From positions 12,621,628-12,685,627 of the forward strand of contig NC_057718.1 in NCBI RefSeq assembly GCF_004010195.1: a stretch of DNA of 64,000 nucleotides, given 5' to 3'. The translations under genes and the position numbers were made by a program. Below are positions 35,948 through 48,431 of the stretch, piece after piece. How positions within the stretch are numbered: the first letter of the stretch is position 1; each line of letters begins with the position of its first letter. Below the pieces are notes generated by a model that saw only the letters and a program-made list of their open reading frames with translations, was not told where the DNA came from and ran no database searches. This DNA comes from Chiloscyllium plagiosum. Its lineage: Eukaryota.

Positions 35948-36904
35948 AACAAAAACTTCCAGCTCGGCGAACAGAACCATAGCAACGAGCACCCGAGCTA
36001 CAAATCTTCTCACAAACTTTGAATTCCAAGAGATGTTTATTGCGAGGTGAAGTCCATTATAAGCATATGAATGTATGAATTAGGAACAAGGACTCGGTGA
36101 TTCGAACTCTTGAGCTAGCTCCACCATTTGATAATCTGGTCTGACTGTGGCTTCAACACTTCATTCCCATCGACCACATGTCCCTTGACTCTCTTGTCAG
36201 TCAAGAATCTGCGTAAACCAGCCCTAAATATATTCAATGAACGTGCTTCTATTACTCTCTTAGGGTGGAAAATTCCACAAAACCCTCAAACTCTCTGAGC
36301 TCTTTACACCCTGCTCTCACTCTATGGTATAGTTTGCTTGTATATTGAAATATGAGCTGACTGCCTTTTGCCATATCTCTCTCACTGAGAGAATAACTGT
36401 TCAGAATCTTAACTAGTCCAATCAAGATATAGTGCCCCGGAAACAGGACTGATGGTGACTGCTTTCTACACATTCTCTGAATTGCAGCCCTAACCAATGT
36501 GAGAAAATTGGGAATGGTGGCAGCTGATCCATAACCCAAGTGGACGTGGCAACCAAATAAGTCAAAAACTCCACTGTTACTTTGTATGGATTGTGACCAC
36601 GTTGTACCATGACGATAACAGATCATGAACAGCCTGTGGGGTGAAATTTCACTGCCCAATGTCTTCAAAACAGTTTGTGCATGGATAAGCTCAATCACTA
36701 AATCTCGGACTTGCTGGTCACCTTTGTCTACACTTTTAAAAATTCTTCACCGACTTCAAAATACTAAACAAATGCTCAATGTCACAGAGTAGCTGCTACC
36801 TGCGTTGTAGCTGGAGGCACTTATTGGAATTAAGTCCCTTGGTGACTAATCCTTGCATAGGTTCAGTCAATCATGAAATTTGAAATCTAGTGTGCATTGA
36901 TAAA

Positions 36905-37005
36905 TTAAAAGCAGGAAGTGCTGGAAATATTCACCAGATCCAGCAGTATCTATAAAGAGATAGACAGAGTTAAGGTTTCAAGTTCAATACAAGTCATCTT
37001 CAGAG
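36905..37005 (-). mobile_element. Old short element (family C) with degenerate hammerhead; relatives at 44493-44620 (+), 57660-57750 (+), 59265-59370 (-), 61997-62305
   Basis: Shared TCTCCACAGATGCTGCCAGACCTGCTGAG..TTTCCAGCATTTTCTGTTTT body; minus strand reads CTGAAGA...AACTT GAAA CCTT AAC. Confidence 0.6.
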
Positions 37006-37284
37006 CACCAATGATTTCTGATCAAATGAATCTAAATATTGAACAAGCATTTTTTAAATTGTATACCTCCACATTTTTGGCAGCTATGCCTTCATATGCT
37101 TTAGGTGTCCTGGTCCTAAACACCGGAATTTCCTCCATAAATCTGTCTGCCTTTCTCTCTTACTTTAATATGCTTCTTCTTTCACTAAGCTTTTAGTGAA
37201 AGCTATTACTCTCACTATTACTTTACATGGCTTGGTATCAAGTTTGAACCCTCCTGTGAAGCACCTTGGTATGTTTTACAAGTG

Positions 37285-37680
37285 ACTCGATATCATTCAC
37301 TCCCTCAACATTCCTTCACCACCAACGCAAATTGACAGCAGTTTATAACATCCACAAGATGCTCTGCAACAATCATCAAAGATTCTTTGACAACATCTTC
37401 CAAAGTTGCAATCTCTATCATCTAGCATAAGGACAACAATGGGGGCACACCACCTGCAAATTTGCCTCCAAGCCACACACCATCCGGAACTAAATGGCGT
37501 TCCTTCAGGGTTGCTGGGTCAAAATCATGAAACACTCTCCTTTTCTGCACTGTGGGTGTCCCTACACACCAAGACATTCAGCACTTCAAGTAGGCAACTG
37601 ACCACTAACTTGTCAAGGGCAATTAGAGAAGGGCAATAAATACTAACCTAGCCAGTGGTGCTTACATCTGTGATTTAATT
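37285..37680 (+). mobile_element. LINE family L-B 3' end (CR1/L2 superfamily)
   Basis: The family encodes SFTV.G..SWN.LP...FKKAA.HHLLKG*, a typical ORF2 C-terminus; a second copy lies at 37785-38295. Confidence 0.75.
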
Positions 37681-37935
37681 TTTTTTAAAAGTATTGGGCT
37701 AAATCTGGCTTTTTTTTTTGCATCATGACTTTTCAAAGATGAAATTGAGCAAGATTTCTCACTGTATCTTACTTGGAAGTTGCTATTCCTTCACTGTCAT
37801 TGGATTAATATCTTGGAATTGCCTCCCTAATAGTATTTTAGGTCAACCTATTCCACGTGGACTGCAGAGTTCAAGAAGGCAGCTCAACACCACCTTCTCA
37901 AGGGCATCTAGGGATGGGCAATAAATGCTGACCAG

Positions 37936-38194
37936 CCAACTTTGATGAGCCCTGAGATATGACTGACCAGAACCCTAATTACCATCTTTGTAGCCCCCCA
38001 ACTGACGACACACAGTACTGGGACTGAGTACTGAGAGCTGCCACTCCCCTTGACTGAACTAAAGAGTAGCCCATGCCCACTTTCTGAAATGGCCATTTGG
38101 ATCAATAAACATGCAGTGTGTTTGCCATTTGGGTAGCTGGTGTAGATAGGAGACTGATTATCTGTGAGTGCCATACAGGAAGATATTTCTCCCA
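37936..38194 (+). repeat. 259-bp direct copy of 39799-40057
   Basis: About 5 mismatches by manual alignment; flanked by a 71-bp duplication (37868-37938 and 38194-38264). Confidence 0.95.
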
Positions 38195-38632
38195 GTTCAA
38201 GAATGCAGCTTAACACCACCTTCTCAAGGGCATCTAGGGATGGGCAATGAATGCTGACCAGCCAGTGATGCCGATATCCCGTGAGTGAATTAAAAAAGCT
38301 TATCACATTAACTACCCACCCTGCCACAATGGCATCCCTCATGCCTGACTTGATCCCCAAGCTTCCATGCACTGTTTCTAGAACAGCTCGTCACTCACTG
38401 GATATCCACTGAATGACTGGCATTCTTTGCCCTGCACCATCTTTAAAAGAATGCTGTTCACCCTGACAAGCATTGACAACTTGTCATTGCCCCTCACTGG
38501 CAATGTAATGGTACAGCAGTCACATGTTGTCCCAGGCACAGGGAAAGCATGTGACTGCTCAATGTTCTCATCTTTCTCAGCAAACTGCTCCCCTTCCCCA
38601 TCTCCTCAGCATCTTCCACCTCATTGCCTTCT

Positions 38633-38790
38633 TCAGTTATGCAGAGCATGGCATGTCAGGATCCTTGCACTCTGTCCAGATGATTCTGAAGGGCCTACCC
38701 ACTCGGACCAGTGCCAATATTGGAACTGCGTTTTCTTCAGTCCTGTCACATGCTCCACCCTAGCCCTGGTTGCAGCATGTGGATTAACCT
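38633..38790 (-). pseudogene. Decayed PIF/Harbinger (HARBI1-like) transposase C-terminal fragment
   Basis: HAATRARVEHVTGLKKTQF...ARILTCHALHN resembles the Harbinger H..TR..VE..IG.LK.RF...I.AC..LHN motif. Confidence 0.6.
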
Positions 38791-41700
38791 GGTGAAGGTG
38801 CTGCACTGGCTGAATCAACATATTGCATCAAAAGAGAATGGCTTTTTTGGTCTCACCTCTTTCCTATCCCAAAGACACATCAACCATGAAACCTTTTATT
38901 TAATTCAGTCTAGGTCCATCATCATATTTACATGACAGATGATGAAGTGATGTTCCCTGCATTCCACAAGTTTCATAAGTGAAGAGATGCTTTTGGTCAA
39001 CATGTGCCTTTTTTTAATTTATTGCTGCTAACCTGAGTTGGCATCACTTAAAAGTCAGTGTTAGATTTGCAAGCACAAATGGAATCATGCTAACGTCTTC
39101 AACCAACATTTGAACCCTCAGCTACTCCACATGTTTTGAAAATGAGTGAAGAAATGCAGATGAAACGTAGGTGTAGTTTGCAAACCCAAAGTTCATGTAT
39201 TTGGTTTTTCAATGTCCGAGTGTGCAGCAGGTATGGATCCTGCATTTTCACCCATCAAAGCCACACTGTGACACTTTGGGTGTTGTACCAACATTTTCCA
39301 GTTGCATTTCGCATCTAAAGAATGGCAAAGGAAGACGAGTAATCAGCTCATGGTGAATGCCATCAGTACCACGCTCTGCCTGATCACTGGATGTCTTTTC
39401 ATAGCCTCCATGTCTCCTTTTATCACTCTGTATCCTAAAAGTCCATTGCACCCATACCTCTCAGGTGGAATCATCCACATTGAACTTCAATCTCCAACTG
39501 GCCTCACTGCCTCCTGAACCCTGACATTACACCTATAGGAGCTATTCCTCTTCCTCTACATTCCCTTTCGGAGGCCATGGTGACGGTCGCTGCCAATAAC
39601 AGTCCTCTTGTAGCCTAACAGTGCTCCCCCATCCCCATCCTTGGCCTCACCTCTGCACATATCTCTGCTTCACCCAACACCCCATGACTTCTGTACCCCT
39701 TAAGACAGTGATTTCCCGGCTGCCCCGATCGACTGCCTTTACATCCACCTCACTAATTGGTGGACAAAATCCAGGATGTATGCAATCCAGAACTCCGACC
39801 AACTTTGATGAGCCCTGAGATATGACTGACCAGAACCCTAATTACCATCTTTGTAGCCCCCCAACTGATGACACACAGTACTGGGACTGAGTACTGAGAG
39901 CTGCCACTCCCCTTGACTGAACTAAAGAGTAGCCCATGCCCACTTTCTGAAATGGCCATTTGGATCAATAAACATGCAGTGTGTTTGCCATTTGGGTAGC
40001 TGGTGTAGATAGGAGACTGATTATCAGTGCTTGCCATACAGCAAGATATTTCTCCCACCACCAGACAGATCCCTAATGATGAGCAACCTGTCTGGGTGTC
40101 TCTGCAAAAAAGCAAGTTAATACAGTAGTACTGATAACCTTTGACTCTGGCTGAAGAGCTAACATGCTAGCAGACATGGCATAGCATGACAGAACATAGC
40201 ACTGATTCTGCAGAGATGTAGGTAGGTGCTTGGTGAATGAGCACAGACAAAGCAAGCAAGCAGCGTGGAATGCAGCCTGGTTCAGTCCCTGAGGTGAGAG
40301 CCTTTCTCTGTGTGCAAAGTGTCCTCTTAAGAACTTTTCAATGCTAGTTGCTGGAACACCCTGCAATGCCAATTTGTGCTACCAGAACATCCTTCAATTG
40401 GATTGAAAAGGTGCCATTATGATTGTGAGAGGTTTCCAAATGTCAGATGCTCATGCCTGTGGATGAGGGGTTTGTGTGCCTAGTGTCCATGGATCATGTC
40501 TTGAGATGCTGTTTGGTAATAAGTAACATAGAAGCTCCCTGCAGCCAACAGCCAGCTGAATTTGCCAGGCACCTGTTTTGACTTGCATGTCAAGAGCTTT
40601 TGACATTAGCTTGTTTGACACATTTGGTAAGAAAGAAAACTAAATATTAATGCAAGGCAAGTTGAGGCATTAATAAGGTGTGCAAAAAGTTATAATCTCC
40701 CTTAATTGGCAATATACCATTGTCTAATGATAAACTCACCTCACTACTCGTCAAGTACATAAAAGATACAATGAGTTGCCCCTGACATCACAGTAGCCAT
40801 TTTATAATTCCTGTTGGGCAGGGAAATCAGTGAATTATTGATAATATCATTGGACTGGTAATACATAGCCACTGCCTAATATTCTTGGAACACGGGTTCA
40901 AGTCCCACCATTGATAATGGTAAAATTTGAATTCAACAGCAATTTTGAATTTTAAAAATGGTGTTTTAATAGTGACCATGTTTCAGTGTATTTATCCACC
41001 TTTTACACATATTCATGTCTACTTTTAACAATCACAAAGGGCACTTGACTTCTCCAAAGTGCAACTTACCCCATCTCAAATTATAGAAAGGAAGCAGCTC
41101 AGGCAAGAAAAATTTCTGGAATAATCTCTATCTATCAGTTAAACAAAGTTATTGGAGACAGGAAAATGGAGAGCTAGAGCCATGCATTCAAGTTCAAAAA
41201 TGCATTCTAGTGTATGAATCACTGAACTCTGAACTTTTCTAACCATAATTATAACACTACAATAGCCAAGCATCATAATTTTACATTAAATCCCCCTGTA
41301 TGAAGCATTTACCATTGTAAAATGTTAAATTGTATTGATCATTCATAGAATAAAGATGTACCGTAATATAAATTTCTTTAGAGATGTCCTGTTGGACTGT
41401 CTCCAAGTTTAATGATATTTAAGTCCCTGGTCTAATCTTGCCAGTAAGTTACCTCAAGCAGTTCGATGCTGGCATTCCCTCCATTAAACCATCAAGTTGT
41501 TTAAAACATTTTTGTATTGATTTCTGATTAAGAAAGCACGCAAACCCTGAAAGTTAGCTGTCCATCCTCTCTATCACAGGGAAGCCTTTTGCACAAAAGT
41601 TGTTTCTTGCTTACAGCATAGGATGCTGCTAAAAGCTTTGGCAAGTTGCCTACTCACATAAACATGAGTACCTATCATCTCAGTCAGACCACAGGTCAAA

Positions 41701-42257
41701 ATAGAAAGGGGTGGCTAACTTTTTTATTAAATTGTTGTACAAGAAATTTTCATTTAGCAAGTGAGGCTACGATATCTGTCTGAGTTTAGTTGACAAAGAA
41801 GAACTGCTCCTCTATCACACTGTTGTCCTTTGAAGCCGACAAGTTACATTTTGTGACTTGTTCTCTGGCAATATTAATTCTACATTGATGTCATAGAAAT
41901 AAAACAGGCAATTTACTGTTTAAAGTAAAAGTTATGGACTTACTTCCACAAATATTTACCTTGAAGTCATTAAAGCCTCTGTTATATCATATATCAAGTT
42001 CTTTACAATACATAGTGGGAGTTCGGCACGTAGTGGTCTCTGAACAGCAATGAAAGGAATCTGGTTTCAGTTATTTTTCAGTATTTTTTATTTATTATTC
42101 TTTTTGCTGGGTGCAAAAGACCTCACCATGAAATGTTGCCTCTGTTTCTTAGTATGTGCGACACTTGCTTAAAATAATTATTCACTAAATTAAGGTTTTT
42201 ATTGAAAACCAGTCTTAGATTCAGAGTGAGGTTAGATTCTGAGTCATTTTAAGTAGA

Positions 42258-42802
42258 ACTAAAAGTAAAGCCACCACAGTCTTACCAGACCCTAGAACTG
42301 TCTCACATTAGAGAGATGACTGGTGATAGTTTAACCTGGGAGTCAGTTAAAAATCATACAACACCAGGTTATATCCAACAGATTTATTTGGAAGTACAAG
42401 CTTTGCTCCTTTGTCAGGTAGCTAGTTACCTCACAAAGAAGTAGCGCTCAGAAAGCTTGTACTTTCAAATAAACCTGTTGGACTATAACCTGTTGTTGAA
42501 AAGTGAGGTGCTGGAAAAGCACAGTAGGTCAGGCAGCATCGGAGGAGCAGGAGGGTTGATGTTTGGGTATAAGTCTTCATCAGGAACCTGGTGGTGTGTG
42601 ATTTTTAACTTTGTCCATCCCAGTCCAACACCTGCATTTCCACATTATGGCAACCTGAGAGTCATCACACCTCAGGTGAGAGGAGAGATTGGAAAGAAGA
42701 ATCTTTCATGGAAAACTCAGCCAGCGCTGGAATTGGACCCGCACTATTGATTTAAGTTTGCATGTAAACCAGTTATCAAGCCAACTGAGCTAACTGACTC
42801 CA
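42258..42802 (-). mobile_element. tRNA-derived SINE (family S3) hosting two nested hammerhead-bearing elements
   Basis: Minus strand: A box TAGCTCAGTTGG, B-box-like GGTCCAATTCC, core CCTGAGGTGTGATGACTCTCAGGTT, tail CTTTACTTT. Confidence 0.7.
42346..42651. mobile_element. Family A inverted pair with a family B element (42499-42584, minus) nested in its right arm
   Basis: Outer 13-bp duplication AACCTG(G/A)GAGTCA (42333-42345 and 42652-42664); inner ~12-bp duplication AACCTG.TG.TG (42487-42498 and 42585-42596). Confidence 0.8.
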
Positions 42803-44687
42803 AGTAGAGCTAAAGGGAGTGAATGAAGGAAGGAATGTGTGGAATTGTGCTTTCATGGGGCAAGTGGAAATGATAGTTGGAAGGTCAAAGATTAGCAATT
42901 TGCCTCAACTCTAGCCAGTGAGTTGATCCTGGATCTAAAACCCGAGGAGTTCCCAATCAGGGGAAACCTTGAATGGAGACTGATCTTCAACTGAATTTTC
43001 AGAGTTAATCAGAAGAATTACCTTGCACCCTAACATTCGTAATGTGGTGGTTAAGAGGTGTACAAAGACGATAAGCAGCAAAAGATGGTGGTCCTCTCCC
43101 ATTGAATTTCTGACCCATGGATAATTCCAGGGATTAAATATTAAATATAACCAGACCAGAACATGCCTGGAATAATGATACTTTAAAACTTCATGGCTAG
43201 AGCAAAAACAGCTTACTTTAATTCCTTTACTGTAGTAAAGTGCCCATGCCATGTTATAATTATCAAAATTTGACTTCAAGTCATTTTAAGAGTTATTTCG
43301 ACAAAGACCCAGATCAAAAAAACAACAAAATAGAAACTAACTGTCTTTGTATTTTAAATGATTATAGATGAAACATTCGTCAAGCAAGTGAATTTATCAT
43401 TTCCTCACTATGTTTAAATGATAGAGCTGTTCCCCTTTTACACTTTTCTTCTAATTGATAAAAGAATACTTTTAAAGAATATTTTAAAGGGGAGAAGAGG
43501 AAAGTGAAGAGTTTTAGGAATGAAATTCCGAGCTTAGAGCCACCCAGTACAGCTGAGGCTTGGCGACTATTTGTGGAGTGTTAAAACTGGGGATAAACAT
43601 GAGGCCAGAATTAAAGGAGCACAGATATCTTGGAGATTATGGGGTTGGAGGAAGTTATGAGATAGGGAAATAAGATAAATGTGAAAACAAAGTTATGAAT
43701 TTTAAAATTAAGGTGTTGCTGGACCAGGATTAAGCAGAGTAGAGCAAATATATAAGATGAAGACAATTTATGTAACTTTTCAAATTAATTACTGGATATT
43801 TATTTTGTGTTATTCATACCGGGATCTTTTCTTATCTTGCTGTTGTGATGATTATCTTGCTATTATGTGGTCTTATTGTTTAAGATCTTGTTAAGGTAAA
43901 TAGGTGTTTGTTTTCCACTTATGTGAAGTTGACATCTTTTTGTGGGTTTAAAACATTTTTTTTAGTAGTGGGTCAAAACAACAGTTCCAAGAAATCATGT
44001 GGCTTAAGATTGATAACTAGAAATTTTACTTGGTCAGGTAATTGTTGAAATGTTTACACAGTTGAGCTTTTATGACCCAGAGTTGGACAAATGAAAAGGC
44101 GCCACACATAGGTCCAGTTTAGAGAAAAGATCCATATTGGCAGAAGGGAAATATAGTTTTGATAGTCTCCAGACCATAATACTGGAAAGAAGGCCTAAGC
44201 TATTTTAGCAGTCTAAGTAGACAGGTTTGGATAAAGCCCTGATCTTTCCGCAGAGATCAGGCAGAAAAGTTAATAAATTAGTCTCTGTCTGCAAGTCTCT
44301 GGAAAAGATGAAAAGAATCACATATGGTGAATGTGCAGCATGTCACTAAAAGAAAATGTTTGTGGACCTACCCAACTGAATAAGATATTAAGCAATAAAG
44401 ATAGGGAAAGGCTGATTTATTTTGCTGTTTATCAAAAGATCTATCAAAATGATCATACCTACATGAAATGTTTAGAATCTGAAGTGACTCAGTTCTGAGT
44501 TCTGAAGAAGACTCAAAATGATGATTCTTTCTCTCTCCATAAGTGCTGTCAGATCCATATAGTTTCTCCAGCATTTTCTATTTGCATCTCAGATGTTCAG
44601 CATCTACAGTATTTTACTTTTATCATATATAATAATGGAGCTTTGCTATTGTCATATTATTTTTGTTAAAAATGTATTGGCAGCCTC

Positions 44688-44875
44688 TTGTGAATATGTT
44701 CAGTGATTGGCCACCAATCACTGCAAAACTGGAATTTAAAGTCTACCGTGTCATGTTGTGCTCTGGAATCTGATTTATCCAATGTTACCATCAGCTGGGA
44801 TGATAACTGTGTCATATTGTAAAATCAGATGGTATGGTATACCATTTGGTCCATCACGCATGTACTATCAAATGA
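44688..44875 (+). repeat. ~190-bp direct repeat, second copy at 46021-46208
   Basis: TTGTGAATATGTTCAGTGATTG...GGAATTTAAAGTCTACC.TGTCATGTTGTGCTCTGGAATCTGATTT...ACTATCAAATGA in both; roughly 90% identical with indels. Confidence 0.9.
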
Positions 44876-46289
44876 GTCTGAGTTCCCCATGGAACTGGAA
44901 AATATTCCATGTTCAAAATATTTTGTGTTTAGAAGAGTAAGAAGTTATTCATTAAAACATTCAGGATTGCAGCATTTCACAGAGTGGATCTTGAGAGTTT
45001 TGTTCCCTTGGTTGGGGAATCCCAAACATTTGGTACCATTTCAGCTTAAGGACCCAATCGTTTAGTGCTAATATGTGGAGAAATCACTTCTCTCAAAGGG
45101 CTGTAATTATTTGTAATTTCCCACTACAGAGATGGGGATTATGTCATCATTGATTATATTTGAGGCTGGGCTGTCTGGGAATGAAAGGATATAGTCAGTG
45201 AGTGGGAAAGTGGAGTTGAAGCCTAAGAAATGTCATGGTCATATTGAATGGCTGAGAAGGCTCTGTAGCTATATGGTCCACTTCTATTCTATTTCTTTCA
45301 ATCTCGTGATGTTTGTTCAAGAAGATGGAGATAATAAGTCAAGTAACTTTAGACCAATTTGACTAAAGTCATTTTGGAGAAAATGTGAGTACATGACAAA
45401 TGGAGCCATCAAAACCATTTTGGGATTTTTAAAAAAAATCAAATAATGATACATTTCTCCAAGGCAGTACATGGACCAACTCAAAGTATTCTGCAAACTA
45501 TTAGGAAATCTATTATGGAAAGGACAGCACACTACATTGATTCATGAGGATAATATTAGGGATTTAGAATTTATAATTATGAGGAGAGATTTGAGATACT
45601 GAGCCTATTTCCACTATAGCTGAGAGATTTAGAAGAGATTTAGAAGTATTTTTGATCATAAATGTTTTTGAGAGGGAGAATGCAGAATCTTTATCTCCTT
45701 TACCTAAAGATTGTATATTTAACAGTCTCAAAAAGAGAATGATAAGATGGTTCTGAAAAATGTTGTGACTCTATGGATTGTTAGAGCTTGGTTGAGACAG
45801 AGACCATTGTAATTTAAAAAAAAACATTGTTATTATTCAAACCAAAAGAAGGTACAGGGTTATCAGGAGGTACTGGACAATAGGATACATTCTAAATTAC
45901 TGAAGCAAAAGTCCAGCACAGGCTGAAAGGTCCTCTACTACATTCTAAACTGTAATGATTCTGCAAAATGATTTTAAATTTAACAGACAGTGCAGTGCAT
46001 GATCATTTGCAAGTGTTGGTTTGTGAATATGTTCAGTGATTGACCACCATGGTAATCAAATTGCAAAATTGGAATTTAAAGTCTACCATGTCATGTTGTG
46101 CTCTGGAATCTGATTTGTCCGGTATTACCATCAGCTGAGATGATAACTCTCTCATATTGTAAAACCAGATGGTATACCATTTGGTCCATCACACGCACTA
46201 TCAAATGATTCATCCTGTTCAGTGTTCTTATATAATTTGGCATCTATTTTATGCAACTGGTATTAATCAAATTCAGTTTCATTTTCATT

Positions 46290-47045
46290 TACAAGATGGC
46301 AGCTGAGGCACTTAGGAAGTGTTTGGGTTCTGTGCCTGTATGCCACTCACTTGTCCAGCTGCATTCTGCTTTAATTTTTTTTGTTTCATTTCTTAATGTC
46401 TTCATTTCTATTTTGTATCAAAGTTCACCTTTTTCTTCTTTTCTGCTATGGTGGAGGAAGGTGGTTGCAAGGGTCAGCTCTGGCTGTAGCAGTGTGGGGG
46501 ATCTGGATGTCCATTCCTTGTGGTCATAGTGGCTGTGGCTTTATTGAAGACTTCATTGTTGGTGGGTCTGGTCCGTTCCTCCTGACAGCAGTTTCAGCAG
46601 TGGCTGTCATTGTGACGGTATGGTGGTTCCAGTTCATTCCTTGTGGTTATGGCGGCAATGTGACAGTTTTGAGCGGTGTCTGAAGTGGCTAAGGCTTGAC
46701 AAACAGCTTCACCGTCAGTGACTTGATTAGGATGGTCTGTACCTCCTTGCAATGGCTGAAAAGTAGTGACTTCAGTGTCGGTTCAGCAACAGCAGTGTGG
46801 TGGGTCCATTACGGGAATCCTTGCTTTGGCAGCCACAGGAGAGGCTTCTGAGCCAGTGTCCCGTAGCCACTCCATAAACCCAGATTTTCGTGGAGGGAAC
46901 AAAAGATGAACTTTGTCCTAACTTTGTCTGAATTATTTCTTTTTATAATTCCTGTAATTAAAATGGCACTGAATTGTAGTGACCTATACACATCTCAGTG
47001 TATTTTCAAAAATAGAAGTGACAATAAATTGCTATTCTATTCTAC
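46290..47045 (+). mobile_element. Possible non-autonomous Rex1/Babar-like retroposon
   Basis: Starts with CAAGATGGC and ends in GTGACAATAAA followed by (ATTCT)n; body is GT-skewed. Confidence 0.4.
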
Positions 47046-47734
47046 TTTTCAGAAAAATGTAAACAATTATTCACCTTATATTCTAATCTTCCACTTCAAT
47101 GCTTAAAATTTTACTTTAAAATATCTGTGGTAACTCTGTTTAGCAGATTGTACAAATCAACGTAAAGCAACCGTGATAATGTTTATACATTGCCATCTGC
47201 ATTTATGAAATGTCCACACTAAAAAATGACATCCAGAGTTTGCAATTCTGCCCATAATCCAACTTCATCTGAACCAGAACTCCTCACCAAAATTCAGATA
47301 AATACAGAAGGCCTCATACTAGTGAAAACTGCATCCTCTCCCAGCCGCCTGTAGCTGTGTATGTGGATCTGACAAGCTGTCCTTTCCAACGAATGCACAC
47401 TCCATTAGATATTCTGCCTAAAACAAAATTCTGAAATAATCTGCAGCCACTAATTAGCAGCAACAGAAAGAATAAGTTCTTGTCATTTATGGCAAATCTT
47501 GGCAGCCACACACATAGGGTTGGCACTAGTTGACAGGCAGCAGATTTTTCTCTACAGTAGTCTGTTAATTCAGCAATTTTGTGGGTTGTGCATTTCCCTG
47601 CACTCCACAGTTATAAAGATGTTGGTATGCATCTTTTCCTTTGTAAAATATTAGCTTATATAAGCCATTTCATTTTTTATGCATTGAGACTTCCACGCAT
47701 ACCCATTTTAGATATTTATTGCAGCCAAAATGAA

Positions 47735-48118
47735 ATACTTGCATTTACATAACACCATTCATGATCTCAGGATTTTTCAAACTGCTTCAGAGCCTATGAA
47801 ATATTTTTAAAGTGCACTCGCTGTTTAAATGCAGCTGTCACCTTGTGCACAACAAGCTCTCACAATCATTGGTTATGAAAAGTAGATGAAACTTTTACGG
47901 TGATGACTTTAGAAACCAATGTTGGCCAGGAATAATTCCCCTATTGCTCTTTGAAATAATGCCATGGGGTATATACATCCACGTGGGAGTCTCATTCGAA
48001 AGACAGTGCTTCCAACAATGCAGCATTCTTTCTGTACTGCACAGATGTGGCAGCTTAGATTTTTCCGCTTATGACTTTAGAGTAGGCTTTGAACCTTAAC
48101 CTTCTAATTCAGAGGCAA
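47735..48118 (-). mobile_element. DeuSINE-like SINE
   Basis: Plus strand: TTGGCCAGGA...GCTCTTTGAAATAATGCCATGGG...CTCATTCGAAAGACAG...TGCAGCATTC...GTACTGCAC; L2-type tail. Confidence 0.7.
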
Positions 48119-48134
48119 GGTTTTTTTTTTAGTT

Positions 48135-48430
48135 ATACACAGGATGTGAGCCAGGATAGCTAGGGAAGCATTTATTCGCCATCCCTAATTACCAAAAGAG
48201 TAGTTAAGAGTCAAGCACATTTGTGCTGTGGATTTGGAGTCACACATAGGCGGATCAGGTAAGGACTGCAGATTTTCATCCTGAAAGGACATTAGTGAAT
48301 CAGATGGGCCTTCATGACAATTGACAGTGGTTCCATGATTGCCTTTAGAATAGCTTTTTCTTAAAAAAAAGTTGAATTCAAATTTCGCCATGGTGATATT
48401 CAAACACATGTCCCCAGAACAGTAGTCTAG
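48135..48430 (-). mobile_element. SINE family S2
   Basis: Matches 5437-5800. Confidence 0.75.
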
Positions 48431-48431
48431 T

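Larger units (their letters stand above)
35523..36024 (+). mobile_element. 5'-truncated Penelope-like retroelement (GIY-YIG endonuclease plus terminal repeat)
   Basis: VVYKIPCKDCTKHYIGQTGRQLTIRIHEH...H...H.FDW..TTII...REFLEAW...IN motif; 8-bp duplication TCCAAGAG at 35515-35522 and 36025-36032. Confidence 0.92.

Noticed and set aside
36252..36698. 148-aa minus-strand ORF
   Set aside because: No recognisable motif, non-ATG start, and its 3' end runs into a CR1 remnant
37908..38372. 154-aa ORF with a paralog at 39753-40115
   Set aside because: The shared peptide arises from the 259-bp local duplication and the frame crosses LINE-tail junctions; no recognisable domain
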